Shown: positions 52,110-61,858 of the stretch, one piece after another | Position numbering within the stretch: position 1 is the stretch's first letter | Layout of the letters: each line of letters opens with the position of its first letter | NCBI GenBank assembly: GCA_965216565.1 | Contig: OZ244170.1 | Span: 864,001-928,000, forward strand | Reading direction: 5' to 3' | DNA: 64,000 nucleotides | Source of the DNA: Bythopirellula sp. | GTDB taxonomy: Bacteria > Planctomycetota > Planctomycetia > Pirellulales > Lacipirellulaceae | Made by a program: the position numbers and the translations under genes | Notes under the pieces: generated by a model | Told to the model about the DNA's origin: nothing | What the model saw: only the letters and a program-made list of their open reading frames with translations | Databases searched by the model: none

Positions 52110-52769
52110 TCACTTCCGTCCGTAGATGAGCGTCATCACTTCCGAGCGGCTGGAGAGATTCGAGCGAAACAGCCCTTTCATCGCCGATGTCACACATAAG
52201 CTACCCGGCTTGCGGACGCCGCGGATGGCCATGCAGGAGTGGGACGCTTCGATCACGACCGCCACGCCCTTCACATCGAGTTCCTCGATTAGCAAGTTAG
52301 CAATCTGCTCGGTCATCCGCTCTTGCACCTGAGGACGATGCGAGACTTCCTCTACGACGCGGGCTAACTTGCTGAGGCCCACGACCTTGCCGTTGGGAAC
52401 ATAACCGATGTGGGCGGTGCCGATGAAGGGCAGCATGTGGTGTTCGCACATACTGTTGAAAGCGATATCGCGGACCAGCACCATTTCGTCGTATTCTTCG
52501 GTGAAGAATTTCTGCAAGTGCTTCCGCGGGTCGGTGTGCAGTCCGCTAAACAGCTCAGCATACATCCGAGCCACACGAGCGGGCGTCTCCAAGAGCCCCT
52601 CGCGTTCTGGATCTTCACCGACGGCCGCCAAAATCTCGCGTACGGCATTTTCGATACGCGGCAAATCGACTTGCGGTGCAGCGGCTTGACCGTTGGACTC
52701 GGAAAGTTCGCCGGACAGGGAACCCAGGTCGGCGGCAGATTGATCGGGCTGTGCGGAAGACGATGACAT
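52110..52769 (-). CDS. folE: GTP cyclohydrolase I
   Basis: ETPARVA, CEHH, GLSKLAR, QVQER, HSCM..RG. Confidence 0.96.
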   Translation of the reverse strand: MSSSSAQPDQSAADLGSLSGELSESNGQAAAPQVDLPRIENAVREILAAVGEDPEREGLLETPARVARMYAELFSGLHTDPRKHLQKFFTEEYDEMVLVRDIAFNSMCEHHMLPFIGTAHIGYVPNGKVVGLSKLARVVEEVSHRPQVQERMTEQIANLLIEELDVKGVAVVIEASHSCMAIRGVRKPGSLCVTSAMKGLFRSNLSSRSEVMTLIYGRK

Positions 52770-52807
52770 GGAGATATTCGGTTAGCGTAGAAGGAACGGG
52801 TATCTTG

Positions 52808-52935
52808 GGAATCGGGCAGGTATAACTTCCGACTTCTCCTGTTCCCCTCACCTCGCCTTGGCGAGTCGCCGAAGGAGACCTACCCTCTCCCCACGGGGGC
52901 GAGGGGGGAATGAGAAGTTATTCCTGCCCGATTCC
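52808..52935. repeat. 22-bp inverted repeat enclosing a CCCTCTCCC-type element
   Basis: GGAATCGGGCAGGTATAACTTC ... GAAGTTATTCCTGCCCGATTCC, one mismatch. Confidence 0.75.
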
Positions 52936-53021
52936 TTGTTCAACTGATCCTACGCTGCGCACGTAGCGAGCGTCAACCGATTGCGGAGGGCGGAGCTCAC
53001 AATTCAGCCCGAAAGGGCAAG

Positions 53022-53738
53022 TCAATTCGTGCTAAACGGCGGCAGATAACTGGCCCGCGGTGCGGGGGGCTCGTCGCCGATCGTGAAGTCGAGCGATTCG
53101 ATAGCCTCGAGCAGTAAGGTAGCGCGACGATCGACGTTGCATTCTCCCAGCAGTCGACACTTTTCCTTGAAGTCGAGCGGTGCGGCAAAGCTTACCAAAT
53201 CGGTCAGCACGCTGAGCGGTACCTCCGAGGAGAGCAACTCGCGTAGAGCTGGGTTCGTTGGTTGGTCACCGGGCAACGATTCCTCGAACTGCTTCGTGAG
53301 CATCGTTTGCAGGGTCAATCGCTTCTCGTCGTTCTCCGTTGGCAGGTAGTCATCGACCAAGCTCACTTCGGCTTCGCGAAATGCGCGGACGGGTGGCAGT
53401 TCGTTCTCGATCTTGATTCGCTTTAGACCCAGCAGTAACACATTGTAATTGCCTTCGTCTGTGCGATGGTGCGTCACAATGCGTCCCAAGCAGGCGTGGG
53501 GTAATAGCGACGGGCGGCTTTCGTATTCTGGTTCCCAACCGGGCTGCAACATCGACATCGCAATCAAGCCATCGCTATCGAGCGCCTCGTTCAACATCTC
53601 TTTGTATCGCGATTCGAAAATATGCAGTGGCTGCATCACGTGTGGAAACATCACCAGATTCGGAACCGGAAACAACCGCACTTTGCCATTGAATCGGTCG
53701 GCATCGAAAGTCAAATCTTCAACATTCCACGGGAGCAT
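53022..53738 (-). CDS. LON substrate-binding (Lon N) domain protein
   Basis: LFPVPNLVMFP...PLHIFE.RY. Confidence 0.88.
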   Translation of the reverse strand: MLPWNVEDLTFDADRFNGKVRLFPVPNLVMFPHVMQPLHIFESRYKEMLNEALDSDGLIAMSMLQPGWEPEYESRPSLLPHACLGRIVTHHRTDEGNYNVLLLGLKRIKIENELPPVRAFREAEVSLVDDYLPTENDEKRLTLQTMLTKQFEESLPGDQPTNPALRELLSSEVPLSVLTDLVSFAAPLDFKEKCRLLGECNVDRRATLLLEAIESLDFTIGDEPPAPRASYLPPFSTN

Positions 53739-53799
53739 ATTTGTATTGCCTTGTTGAGGGTTTGTGTTTGTTGCAGAGCCAAGAAGTACGATTGTCGAT

Positions 53800-54183
53800 C
53801 TACTTCAAATGTATCTCAGGGATAGAATCGGCGACAATCTCGATTTCTGGAAACTCTTCTTCGCTAGCAAGGATTTCAGAAAAACACTCTTGGTATTGCC
53901 CCAGAAAACTATCCAGATCGAGCCCTTCGTACTCTGGACGGTATTCTTCGAGATAGTTGCGACTTGTCAAATAAACTTTTTTGGCACCGCGAATATTGCC
54001 ATTGCCAAAATGGTGGAGCGCCACCGCCACTTGGATCAAACCCTGATAAAACTTGCGGCCCGGTCCGCGATACTCAGTCCACAGTTCTTCCCAGGTTTCG
54101 TGTGCTTCGAAAAAGTCGCAGACGTTGAAATACTGGATGCCGGCAAGATAGAGCGGATCGTATTGCGGGCTCTCATCGGACAT
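53800..54183 (-). CDS. DUF309 domain protein
   Basis: FFEAHETWEELW, QGLIQVAVALHH. Confidence 0.85.
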   Translation of the reverse strand: MSDESPQYDPLYLAGIQYFNVCDFFEAHETWEELWTEYRGPGRKFYQGLIQVAVALHHFGNGNIRGAKKVYLTSRNYLEEYRPEYEGLDLDSFLGQYQECFSEILASEEEFPEIEIVADSIPEIHLK

Positions 54184-54397
54184 TGCGAATTATTTTCTCG
54201 GCGGGAATCAAAGTGGGTGGGTGGCAAAGTCGGGTGGGGGGGCAGTTGACCCTTCCGCAAATTATAGGCAAAAGCGCGAGATCGGACCACACTTGAAAAA
54301 CTCCTAGACTGTATGGTCTGTGAGACATCCGCCAACGGTTTTCTTCCGCTTAGCTAGGACTATTCTTTATCTCTAGTACCACAGAGCAAAGTGAAAC

Positions 54398-54592
54398 TGA
54401 AATGGGGACTGGCTCGTGATTGCGAAGTCTTACAATGAAATCGCTTACGCATAGACGCAATCGCGTGCCTGTCCCCATTTCGAGCGGGATCTACAGATGT
54501 TCCGTCGAAAAAAGGGACAGGCACGACGCCACTGCGAGAGCATTGGCTTCGATCCATTATCGCTCATCGAGCCAGTCCCTATTTTTCGACTC
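54398..54592. mobile_element. ~195-bp MITE/REPIN-like element, copy 1
   Basis: TGAAATGGGGACTGGCTCG..CGCGTGCCTGTCCCCATTT..AAAAAGGGACAGGCAC..TCGAGCCAGTCCCT.TTTTTCGACTC. Confidence 0.75.
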
Positions 54593-54725
54593 CTGGCACA
54601 GCGCTGCAGTACTAGAGTGCGTATGGATAAACACTCCGAGGTACCTTGACACTTCGCACTTCGGCAGCAAAATGACGCACTGACACACCAACACGCGTGG
54701 ACAACAAGGGAGTAGACTTCTGAGC

Positions 54726-55397
54726 ATGGCCGCTTCACGCACAAAATCGAGCGCCGAAGTTTCTCCTGAACTCAAAAAAGTCGCCCGCAAAGTCGTTACA
54801 CGGCTCAAGGCCGACTACCCCGATGCGGAATGTGCGCTGAATCATCGCTCCGCTTTTCAATTGCTAATTGCCACGATCCTTTCCGCTCAATGCACCGACG
54901 AACGGGTCAATCTGGTCACTAAGGACCTGTTCCAAAAGTATCCGAAGCCGGCTGATTTTGCGGCTGCTCCCGTCAAGGACATCGAGAAGGCGGTGAAAAG
55001 TACTGGCTTTTTCCGCAACAAGGCCAAGAACATCAAGGCCTGCAGTACCGAGCTCATGGAGAAACACAACGGTCGTGTGCCCAAGGATCTCGACGCCCTG
55101 GTGCAACTGGCCGGGGTCGGTCGGAAGACGGCCAATGTGGTACTGGGAACGGCTTTTGGGATTCCGACTGGTGTGGTCGTCGATACCCATGTGGGACGGA
55201 TCAGTCGCCGGCTTGGGCTTACAGAGCAAAAAGATGCCGTGAAGGTAGAAAAGGATTTGATGGCACTCTTGCCTCAGAAGGAATGGATCGACTATTCGCA
55301 CCGAATGATCCATCACGGACGGCAAGTCTGTGCGTCGCGCAAGCCACTGTGCGATGAGTGTTCCATGAAAAAATTCTGCCCTCAGGTTGGGGTTTGA
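54726..55397 (+). CDS. nth: endonuclease III
   Basis: LSAQCTD, HhH L.GVGRKTA, VDTHV, C-X6-C-X2-C-X5-C. Confidence 0.95.
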   Translation: MAASRTKSSAEVSPELKKVARKVVTRLKADYPDAECALNHRSAFQLLIATILSAQCTDERVNLVTKDLFQKYPKPADFAAAPVKDIEKAVKSTGFFRNKAKNIKACSTELMEKHNGRVPKDLDALVQLAGVGRKTANVVLGTAFGIPTGVVVDTHVGRISRRLGLTEQKDAVKVEKDLMALLPQKEWIDYSHRMIHHGRQVCASRKPLCDECSMKKFCPQVGV

Positions 55398-55409
55398 GGT
55401 GGAGAGGAA

Positions 55410-55569
55410 TAGTCAGGATGACTGGATTTGCTGGATGGCCCAGATGAGGGAAAAAAGAGTTGAAAACTCCGTAACTATTTCATCGTTTCCAAGTCAAATT
55501 TGCAGCGTGCTTTTGCGTCTATACGGAAATTGAATCCTGTTAATCCTGCCAATCCCGTAATCCTGTCTA
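55410..55569. repeat. inverted arms of 9-nt tandem units (CAGGATT)
   Basis: tagtcaggatgactggatttgctggat ... aatcctgtt aatcctgcc aatcccgt aatcctgtcta. Confidence 0.75.
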
Positions 55570-55618
55570 GTTTCAAACGAGCGCCGCGATCCATTAAGTA
55601 TTTGGGAGCCACAGTACT

Positions 55619-56194
55619 ATGATTCTTTCCGGCCGCGAAATCTTGCACCGCATGGGCGAGGACATTGAGATCGATCCGTTTCATGAATCGCATCTCAATC
55701 CTAATAGCTACAACCTGACACTGCACAACGAGTTGATGGTGTACGAAGAAGTGGTGCTCGACATGGCTAAGGCCAATCGGGTGCGACGGATTGAGATTCC
55801 CGAAGACGGCCTCGTCTTGAGCCCCAATCAACTCTATCTAGGTCGCACGGCGGAGCGGACAGTGACTCACAATCTGGTGCCGCAGATAGAGGGACGCTCG
55901 TCTGTAGGACGGCTGGGTCTGTTCGTTCATGTGACGGCGGGCTTTGGCGACGTCGGCTTTGCCGGCTTCTGGACGCTCGAGATTTTCGCAGTCCAGCCGG
56001 TGCGCATCTATCCCGGCACGTCGATCTGCCAGATTTTTTATCACGAAATCACCGGTGCCGTGGAAGAATACTCGTCGAAGTATCAGCACAACCACGACAT
56101 CCAACCGAGCTTGCTCTTCGAAGAGCTCGACCCCGAACACGAAAACGATCCGCAGCTCCCCCTAGACTTCGGCCTGGAACGCTCGCATAGCTAG
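55619..56194 (+). CDS. dcd: dCTP deaminase
   Basis: NPNSYNL, GRSSVGRLGL, GDVGF.G..TLEI, ICQI. Confidence 0.9.
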   Translation: MILSGREILHRMGEDIEIDPFHESHLNPNSYNLTLHNELMVYEEVVLDMAKANRVRRIEIPEDGLVLSPNQLYLGRTAERTVTHNLVPQIEGRSSVGRLGLFVHVTAGFGDVGFAGFWTLEIFAVQPVRIYPGTSICQIFYHEITGAVEEYSSKYQHNHDIQPSLLFEELDPEHENDPQLPLDFGLERSHS

Positions 56195-56338
56195 TGGATT
56201 TCGAATTGCGGATGTCAAATTCCGGGTGACTATACCTAGCCGCGATGCCACGGTTTACTCGCCGCGGCGAGCATCGCACGGTCTCCAGTGAGCCTCGGTG
56301 CCCAGAGCAAACATTGCGAATAACTCTCGAAAGAGATT

Positions 56339-57019
56339 ATGATGGCACTAAGAGGCAATACTCTAAGTGGCATCGCGATGAATTCTCTCACACTAGAACG
56401 TGGCTACGCTGCCAAGTCTCTTGATTGGCTTTGGACCGGAGGAAGAGCGAATAGCTATGCTGCCCGAAGGTTTCTTGAAGCCCTGAAAAGCCTACCTGCC
56501 GAAGCTTCGCCGAAGAACCGACTCTTGCACTATCGCCACGACTTTCGGCGGTTGTTGGAAGACCGACCGATAGAAGTCTTTCGAGAGCACCTGTTCGCTG
56601 CCGACCCGCTTACGCGATCGGTCGCCGTCTGGCTGTTGAGCCGGTGCATAACGCGCTTTGCCTTGTGCGACATCGATCGCTGCTGTGACGACCCATCGCC
56701 GTCAGTCCGCAAACATGTCGCCAAAGCTTTGTATCGCCTGGAAGCATGCCAGCTACTGCGGGACATGGCGGACCGTTATCCTCAAGATGGTGCATTGCAA
56801 TGGTTTGCCCAGGCGAAACCCAATGATATCGATTTTCGCGATCGCCTCGAAAGGTTTTCGAAGCACTCCAGTCAATCACAAATCAAGATGGCCACGGACG
56901 TAGAACCGATGACGCTGTGGTCACGCGTTGAAGACTGGTTCTTGTCGCCCCCGAAAAGTCGCAGCTACATGAGAAGAGTGCTCAATCGCATCCGCCGAGC
57001 TGTTCGCGGAACTTATTAG
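56339..57019 (+). CDS. HEAT-repeat-like hypothetical protein
   Basis: DPSPSVRKHVAKAL; start codon uncertain. Confidence 0.55.
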   Translation: MMALRGNTLSGIAMNSLTLERGYAAKSLDWLWTGGRANSYAARRFLEALKSLPAEASPKNRLLHYRHDFRRLLEDRPIEVFREHLFAADPLTRSVAVWLLSRCITRFALCDIDRCCDDPSPSVRKHVAKALYRLEACQLLRDMADRYPQDGALQWFAQAKPNDIDFRDRLERFSKHSSQSQIKMATDVEPMTLWSRVEDWFLSPPKSRSYMRRVLNRIRRAVRGTY

Positions 57020-57086
57020 ATCGAATGTAATCTTGTCGTGAATCTGTGAGCCGTAGGCGCAAGCCTCGGGCGTCTCACGGTAAGCT

Positions 57087-57282
57087 TGAAATGGGGACTG
57101 GCTCGCGATTGCCGAGTCAGGTCTTGGAATCGATCGAACTCAGCGGTAATCGCGTGCCTGTCCCCATTTCTGAGCGAGAGGCACCGTTGGCCCGTCAAAA
57201 AACAGGGACAGGCACAACGACACTGCGTGGCAGGGGGCTCGATCCGTGTTAGAGCGTCGAGCCAGTCCCTGTTTTTCGACTC
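57087..57282. mobile_element. ~195-bp MITE/REPIN-like element, copy 2
   Basis: Same four conserved blocks and spacing as 54398-54592, with diverged spacers. Confidence 0.75.
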
Positions 57283-57426
57283 ACGACACTTCACTTTTGA
57301 GCTCTAGGAGGATTCACAATCAGGGTGTGAATGGAATGAGCCGTGGACGCCTCGATTTTCGGTTAGAGAATAACCCTGCTCGACCCTAGCGAGTTCGGCT
57401 CATTTGCTTCGCAGCCACTCTCCCGC

Positions 57427-58980
57427 CTACATCACCGCGAAGTAGTTCTCCGCAGCGTAGTCAAAGTACTCATTGCACATCTGCGGAGGCACGTCGAGGT
57501 AATGGCAGTAATTGCGAATTTGCAGCAGCAAGTCACGCGGCTGGCAACAACGGTACGGACGATCTACTGCCTTATAGTGCTTGTCGATGAGGTGCTCGAC
57601 GGCATCGCTTACATGCTCCATGCCGACGATCTTCGCCATGATCTCAAACAATTTGCGAAATTCTTCTTCCGAGGGATCGACAACTTCAATCTTGTAAGGA
57701 ATACGCCGTAGGAACGCGTCGTCGACCAGGTCTTTTGGTTCCAGGTTGGTTGAGAAGATGATCAACTGATCGAATGGCACTTGGATTTTCTTGCCGTTCA
57801 CGAGTCTCAGGAAGTCGTATCGCTTTTCTAAGGGAACAATCCAACGGTTCAGCAATTCGTCGGTCGTCATCCGTTGACGGCCAAAGTCGTCGATCACGAG
57901 CGTGCCGCAATTACTTTTCAGTTGCAGCGGGGCCTCGCTGACGTTGACGCCCGTTGAGGCAGTCACTTCCAAGGCGTCCATGGTCAATTCACCACCGACC
58001 ACAATCGTCGGACGCTTGACTCGCACCCAACGCTTGTCAATCGACTCTTCGTGCAGCGCCCCGTGCGACGATTCCAAGGGCACTTCTTCGTGAAGGCCCG
58101 GATCGAATACCCGCATGATTTCGCCATCGATGGCGATCGTTCGGGGGATCCATACGTTATCGCCGAATGCTTTCGTCACCCGCTCGGCGATACTCGTCTT
58201 CCCGTTACCAGGGGCACCAAACAGAAACAAACCTCGACCGGAGTTCATTGCCGGTCCGAGTCGTCGCAGCATGCGTTTGTTAATCAGCAAATCAGAGAAG
58301 GCCCGATTCAGGTCTTCTTCGGTCGGGTGGACCTTAGTAAGCGTTTGCTCGGCAACGCTGGTTACATAAGCGTCCAAAGGCACAGGGGCGGCGCCGAAAT
58401 AGCTGCAGTACTCGGTGAGCTTCTTGGCAGACTCGCGCCCCTTGTCGGTGAGTTGGTAAACGTAGTCATTCATTGGGGCCGAGCCACGATAAGCGACTAA
58501 CTGAGTTTGCTTCAGCCCTGCCAAAACCGGTTCTACCAATCGGAACGGCATCGAGTGTTGTGTGGCAAGGTCGCGTCCACTTAGATCGCCGATTGCTCCC
58601 AAGAACTTGAGAATTAGGTGTTCGAGCTGTCCTTCGGATACGCCAGCTTCTTTCAGGGACTCTGGTTCTTTCGGAATCCAGGGAGCGTCTTCAGCCTCGG
58701 CATTGCGATGCACCTTGGATCGGGCATGCAAAGCGGATACCACCGAGGCATCGGTCGAGACCACGCTTGGCTTGTGTTCGGCAACTTGCGGAGGGGCAGG
58801 GGGGCTGACTTCAGCAGGTGCAACGGGCTCCTCAATCGCGGGACTGGAGGATTGTTCCAGCGTTGCTGTTGCGGAATGCGAGTCGGCGTTTTGCTCGTTG
58901 TTGGCGAGGCGATTAATTCGGTTGAGTAGCGCCTCGAGTTCGCCGCTATTTTGCTCTGACGTGCCGTTGGATTCTGCCAT
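57427..58980 (-). CDS. AAA-family ATPase
   Basis: Walker A GAPGNGKT, Walker [20 protein letters not shown]. Confidence 0.85.
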   Translation of the reverse strand: MAESNGTSEQNSGELEALLNRINRLANNEQNADSHSATATLEQSSSPAIEEPVAPAEVSPPAPPQVAEHKPSVVSTDASVVSALHARSKVHRNAEAEDAPWIPKEPESLKEAGVSEGQLEHLILKFLGAIGDLSGRDLATQHSMPFRLVEPVLAGLKQTQLVAYRGSAPMNDYVYQLTDKGRESAKKLTEYCSYFGAAPVPLDAYVTSVAEQTLTKVHPTEEDLNRAFSDLLINKRMLRRLGPAMNSGRGLFLFGAPGNGKTSIAERVTKAFGDNVWIPRTIAIDGEIMRVFDPGLHEEVPLESSHGALHEESIDKRWVRVKRPTIVVGGELTMDALEVTASTGVNVSEAPLQLKSNCGTLVIDDFGRQRMTTDELLNRWIVPLEKRYDFLRLVNGKKIQVPFDQLIIFSTNLEPKDLVDDAFLRRIPYKIEVVDPSEEEFRKLFEIMAKIVGMEHVSDAVEHLIDKHYKAVDRPYRCCQPRDLLLQIRNYCHYLDVPPQMCNEYFDYAAENYFAVM

Positions 58981-59401
58981 GATAGGATCTTGTTCGTGTT
59001 GGGGATATGACCGGAGCAAGTGTAGCCACGCGACACACGCGGATAGTGCGAGAGTTCTGCTTTGCAAACCTAGTTTCCGGATAGGGAAGCAGCAAATTTT
59101 TTCAGGACGGTCGTATGGATCGTGCGGGCTGTACTTGTGAAATAGCCGGAAAGGTAGCTATTTCAGTATTCTCAGGTGTCCCAATCGGTGGGCCAGGTCG
59201 TCCCCGACCCCGGACTCCCACGTAATGACGAGTCAACAATACACAAGAGTAATAGCCAAATTTGACAGATCTTGGCGAGGCTCGTCTCAGACTGGTACTG
59301 ACATCGGTTGACTCCTAGATTAGTCTGTTTGAGTTGCGGCATTTGTGACCAATTCGCGTCCCCATCCTCCGACAGCCCAGGCAATCGAGAGTTTAGACAT
59401 C

Positions 59402-60253
59402 ATGCAGTTTGTCATCACCGCCGTGGGTCCCGATAATCGTGGACTTGCGGATCCAATCGTCCATTGTGTTACTGAGATGGGGGCGAACATCGCCGAGATT
59501 CAGATGTTCGACCACGATCAGCAATCGGTCTTTTCGATGCTCACGCGAGTCTCCATGGAAGCAGCCGCTGAAGACGAGCTCAAACGCTCAATGAAAAAAG
59601 TTAGTGCGGAGACGGGGCTTTCAATTCGCACTTGGACTCCCAACATCGAAGGCCGACGCCCGCGGCTGGCTATTTGTGTGACCTATCGCAAGGAAACTCC
59701 CCGCGCCGTGTTGGAAGCTATCAGTTCTGGGACAATCAATGCTGAAGCCTCGTTGATGATCAGCAATCGCGAATCGTGCCGAGGACTTGCTGAGGAATTC
59801 GATCTGCCTTGGTTTAACATTGGCGATAGCAAAGGCAATGCGAACGACGAGCGAATGGTTGAGCTGTGCGACGAGCATGAAGTCGACTACATCATTCTCG
59901 CCCGCTATATGCGGATTTTGCCCCCGACGAGTGTCTGGGAATATGCCGGCGGGAGAATTATTAACCTGCACCACGGCTTGTTGCCAAGTTTTCCGGGAAT
60001 GCGTCCCTACCACGACGCGCATCAAGTAAGGATGCTAACCTACGGCGCAACATGCCACTTTATCGTGCCCGAACTTGATGCCGGCAATCAGATTATCAAT
60101 CAAGAAACTTTTAGCGTTCCTCCCGGGACTGGCATCGAAGAGATAGTCCGCCGCGGTCAAGCCGAGAACGAACCGCGCTGCCTCACCGAAGGCGTGCGGC
60201 GGGTCGTAGCCGGCGAAGTGCAACTCCACTTCAACAAAGTGGTTGCCATTTAG
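59402..60253 (+). CDS. purU: formyltetrahydrofolate deformylase
   Basis: N-terminal ACT domain; LARYMRIL, INLHHGLLPSF.G, GATCHF, LDAG. Confidence 0.85.
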   Translation: MQFVITAVGPDNRGLADPIVHCVTEMGANIAEIQMFDHDQQSVFSMLTRVSMEAAAEDELKRSMKKVSAETGLSIRTWTPNIEGRRPRLAICVTYRKETPRAVLEAISSGTINAEASLMISNRESCRGLAEEFDLPWFNIGDSKGNANDERMVELCDEHEVDYIILARYMRILPPTSVWEYAGGRIINLHHGLLPSFPGMRPYHDAHQVRMLTYGATCHFIVPELDAGNQIINQETFSVPPGTGIEEIVRRGQAENEPRCLTEGVRRVVAGEVQLHFNKVVAI

Positions 60254-60465
60254 CCACATCGAGTAATGGCGAGGTGTCGGTCACGCGGGTTATTGGTTCG
60301 CGATGTATCGATTCTGCATCCTGTGAGGCGGTTCGTGGCGTTTGGCTACGTTTTTCTTGACCTTTCTCAGGGTCGCGAATAACCTGGATTTATCGGAACA
60401 TCTTTATTCCGCCAGTGATAGGCGGCGAGTCTTCTTGGGACTTTTCTTTCGAGGCGAGTGATTTC

Positions 60466-61356
60466 ATGGCTATTCGTGTTGCCTTAACTTTGGCGTTGGG
60501 TTTGGTATTGGTTCCTTGCAGTTGGGCACAGACGGTGCGATTCGACACGAATGTCGGCAACATCGATCTAATTCTCAATCCCACGGCGAATCCAAATCTC
60601 AAGATCCACGTGGAAAACATACTCAACTACGTTGAGTCGGGCCGCTACGAGCAAGTGGTCATCAACCGGGCCGATAATGGAATCAATCCTAACGATCCCA
60701 GCGACGACTTTGTCATGCAGTTTGGTGGGTTTACCACAGATTCCCCGCTGTACACATCATTCAACGACTTCAATACAGTGCCATCTTTTGACCCAGTGAT
60801 TGTAGATGTCGATGGAGATGGGCAGGTTGACTTCAATACAGAGAACCTAAGTAACTTACGCGGAACGGTATCGCTAGCGCTAAGTAACAATCCGAACACG
60901 GGTACAACCAGCTTCTTTGCCAATCTTGGTGACAACGAATTCCTCAACGGAAGCGGTTTCGTCCCGTTCGCCCGCATTGCAGATATGTCGACCGTGGACT
61001 ACATCCTGAGTCTCAATCAGCAATCGGAGCAGGCGGCAGGGCTTGCTAGCTCGAATATTCCTGTCATGGGCGCCAACGACGACATGCTAGTTTACGTCCA
61101 GCGCGCATTTGTGCTCGATCCCAATCCGTTTGTCCCGGAACCAGAACCTTCCATGATGGAGCTAGCGACGCTACTGGCTGGCGACGATGACAATGGTGGT
61201 AGCGACCTGGGTGGTGGAATCTCAGAAGGCGGCATTGGTAGCGGTGGGGGGGGAGCGGCGACGATCGTTAGCATTCCCGAACCGCCAGCATTGGTGCTGG
61301 TCGTGGGTGCTTTCATGTTCTACGCCGTCCTAAAGGGGCCGCGGCGGAACTGGTAG
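60466..61356 (+). CDS. cyclophilin-type PPIase-like protein with PEP-CTERM sorting signal
   Basis: Signal peptide; TNVGNI, FVMQFGG, NLRGTVSLA, FFANL; C-terminal IPEP, TM helix, then basic residues. Confidence 0.8.
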   Translation: MAIRVALTLALGLVLVPCSWAQTVRFDTNVGNIDLILNPTANPNLKIHVENILNYVESGRYEQVVINRADNGINPNDPSDDFVMQFGGFTTDSPLYTSFNDFNTVPSFDPVIVDVDGDGQVDFNTENLSNLRGTVSLALSNNPNTGTTSFFANLGDNEFLNGSGFVPFARIADMSTVDYILSLNQQSEQAAGLASSNIPVMGANDDMLVYVQRAFVLDPNPFVPEPEPSMMELATLLAGDDDNGGSDLGGGISEGGIGSGGGGAATIVSIPEPPALVLVVGAFMFYAVLKGPRRNW

Positions 61357-61393
61357 CCCCCTCTAATAGCGTGGGGGAGACTGCAAGCTTACT

Positions 61394-61508
61394 TGTCATT
61401 TCGGGGTCTGCCGAGAAATCTAGTTTGCCCTGGAAATTCGCCCCGCGCAAGAGAAGTGCGATTGCTTCCTCTGGCGTAACGTAGATTCCTCGGCAGACTT
61501 CGGAATAC
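61394..61508. repeat. palindromic element, TGTCATT..GGTCTGCCGAG family, copy 2
   Basis: TGTCATTTCGGGGTCTGCCGAGAAATCTA ... TAGATTCCTCGGCAGACTTCGGAAT. Confidence 0.75.
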
Positions 61509-61858
61509 CTGCTATTGGCATTCCGAAAACCACGGGTCGAATTCTTAAGTCGAAAGATTCTCGAAATTTCTTATCTAAAATCAGGATTGCTCTTGTCCTG
61601 CTGCGGATGGGTTTCTAACATCCGCCCCGCCTCGCACTAGCGCGGCTACTCTTCTACCACCTTTTCAACTTATTTCGTCTCGATGATTCCAGTGTCGAAA
61701 GGTCCGGCAACGGGCTGCCGCATGGCGTTTGTCACTCGGATTGCGTTCTTCGGAACGTGTCCAGAGGGAGTGCGCGCACCGTTTGCGCTCGGAATCCGAC
61801 GAAACGATTGGTTGCAACACGGATTTAGTTCCTTTTGAGGCAACGGGAGACTCTCGGC

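Noticed and set aside
41383..55569. CRISPR array interpretation of the short periodic repeats
   Set aside because: Units are 7-9 nt, have no unique spacers between them and form inverted arms; no cas genes are present.
61690..61800. Possible riboswitch upstream of the autotransporter-like gene
   Set aside because: Only isolated GNRA-like hairpins; no full consensus could be matched by eye.
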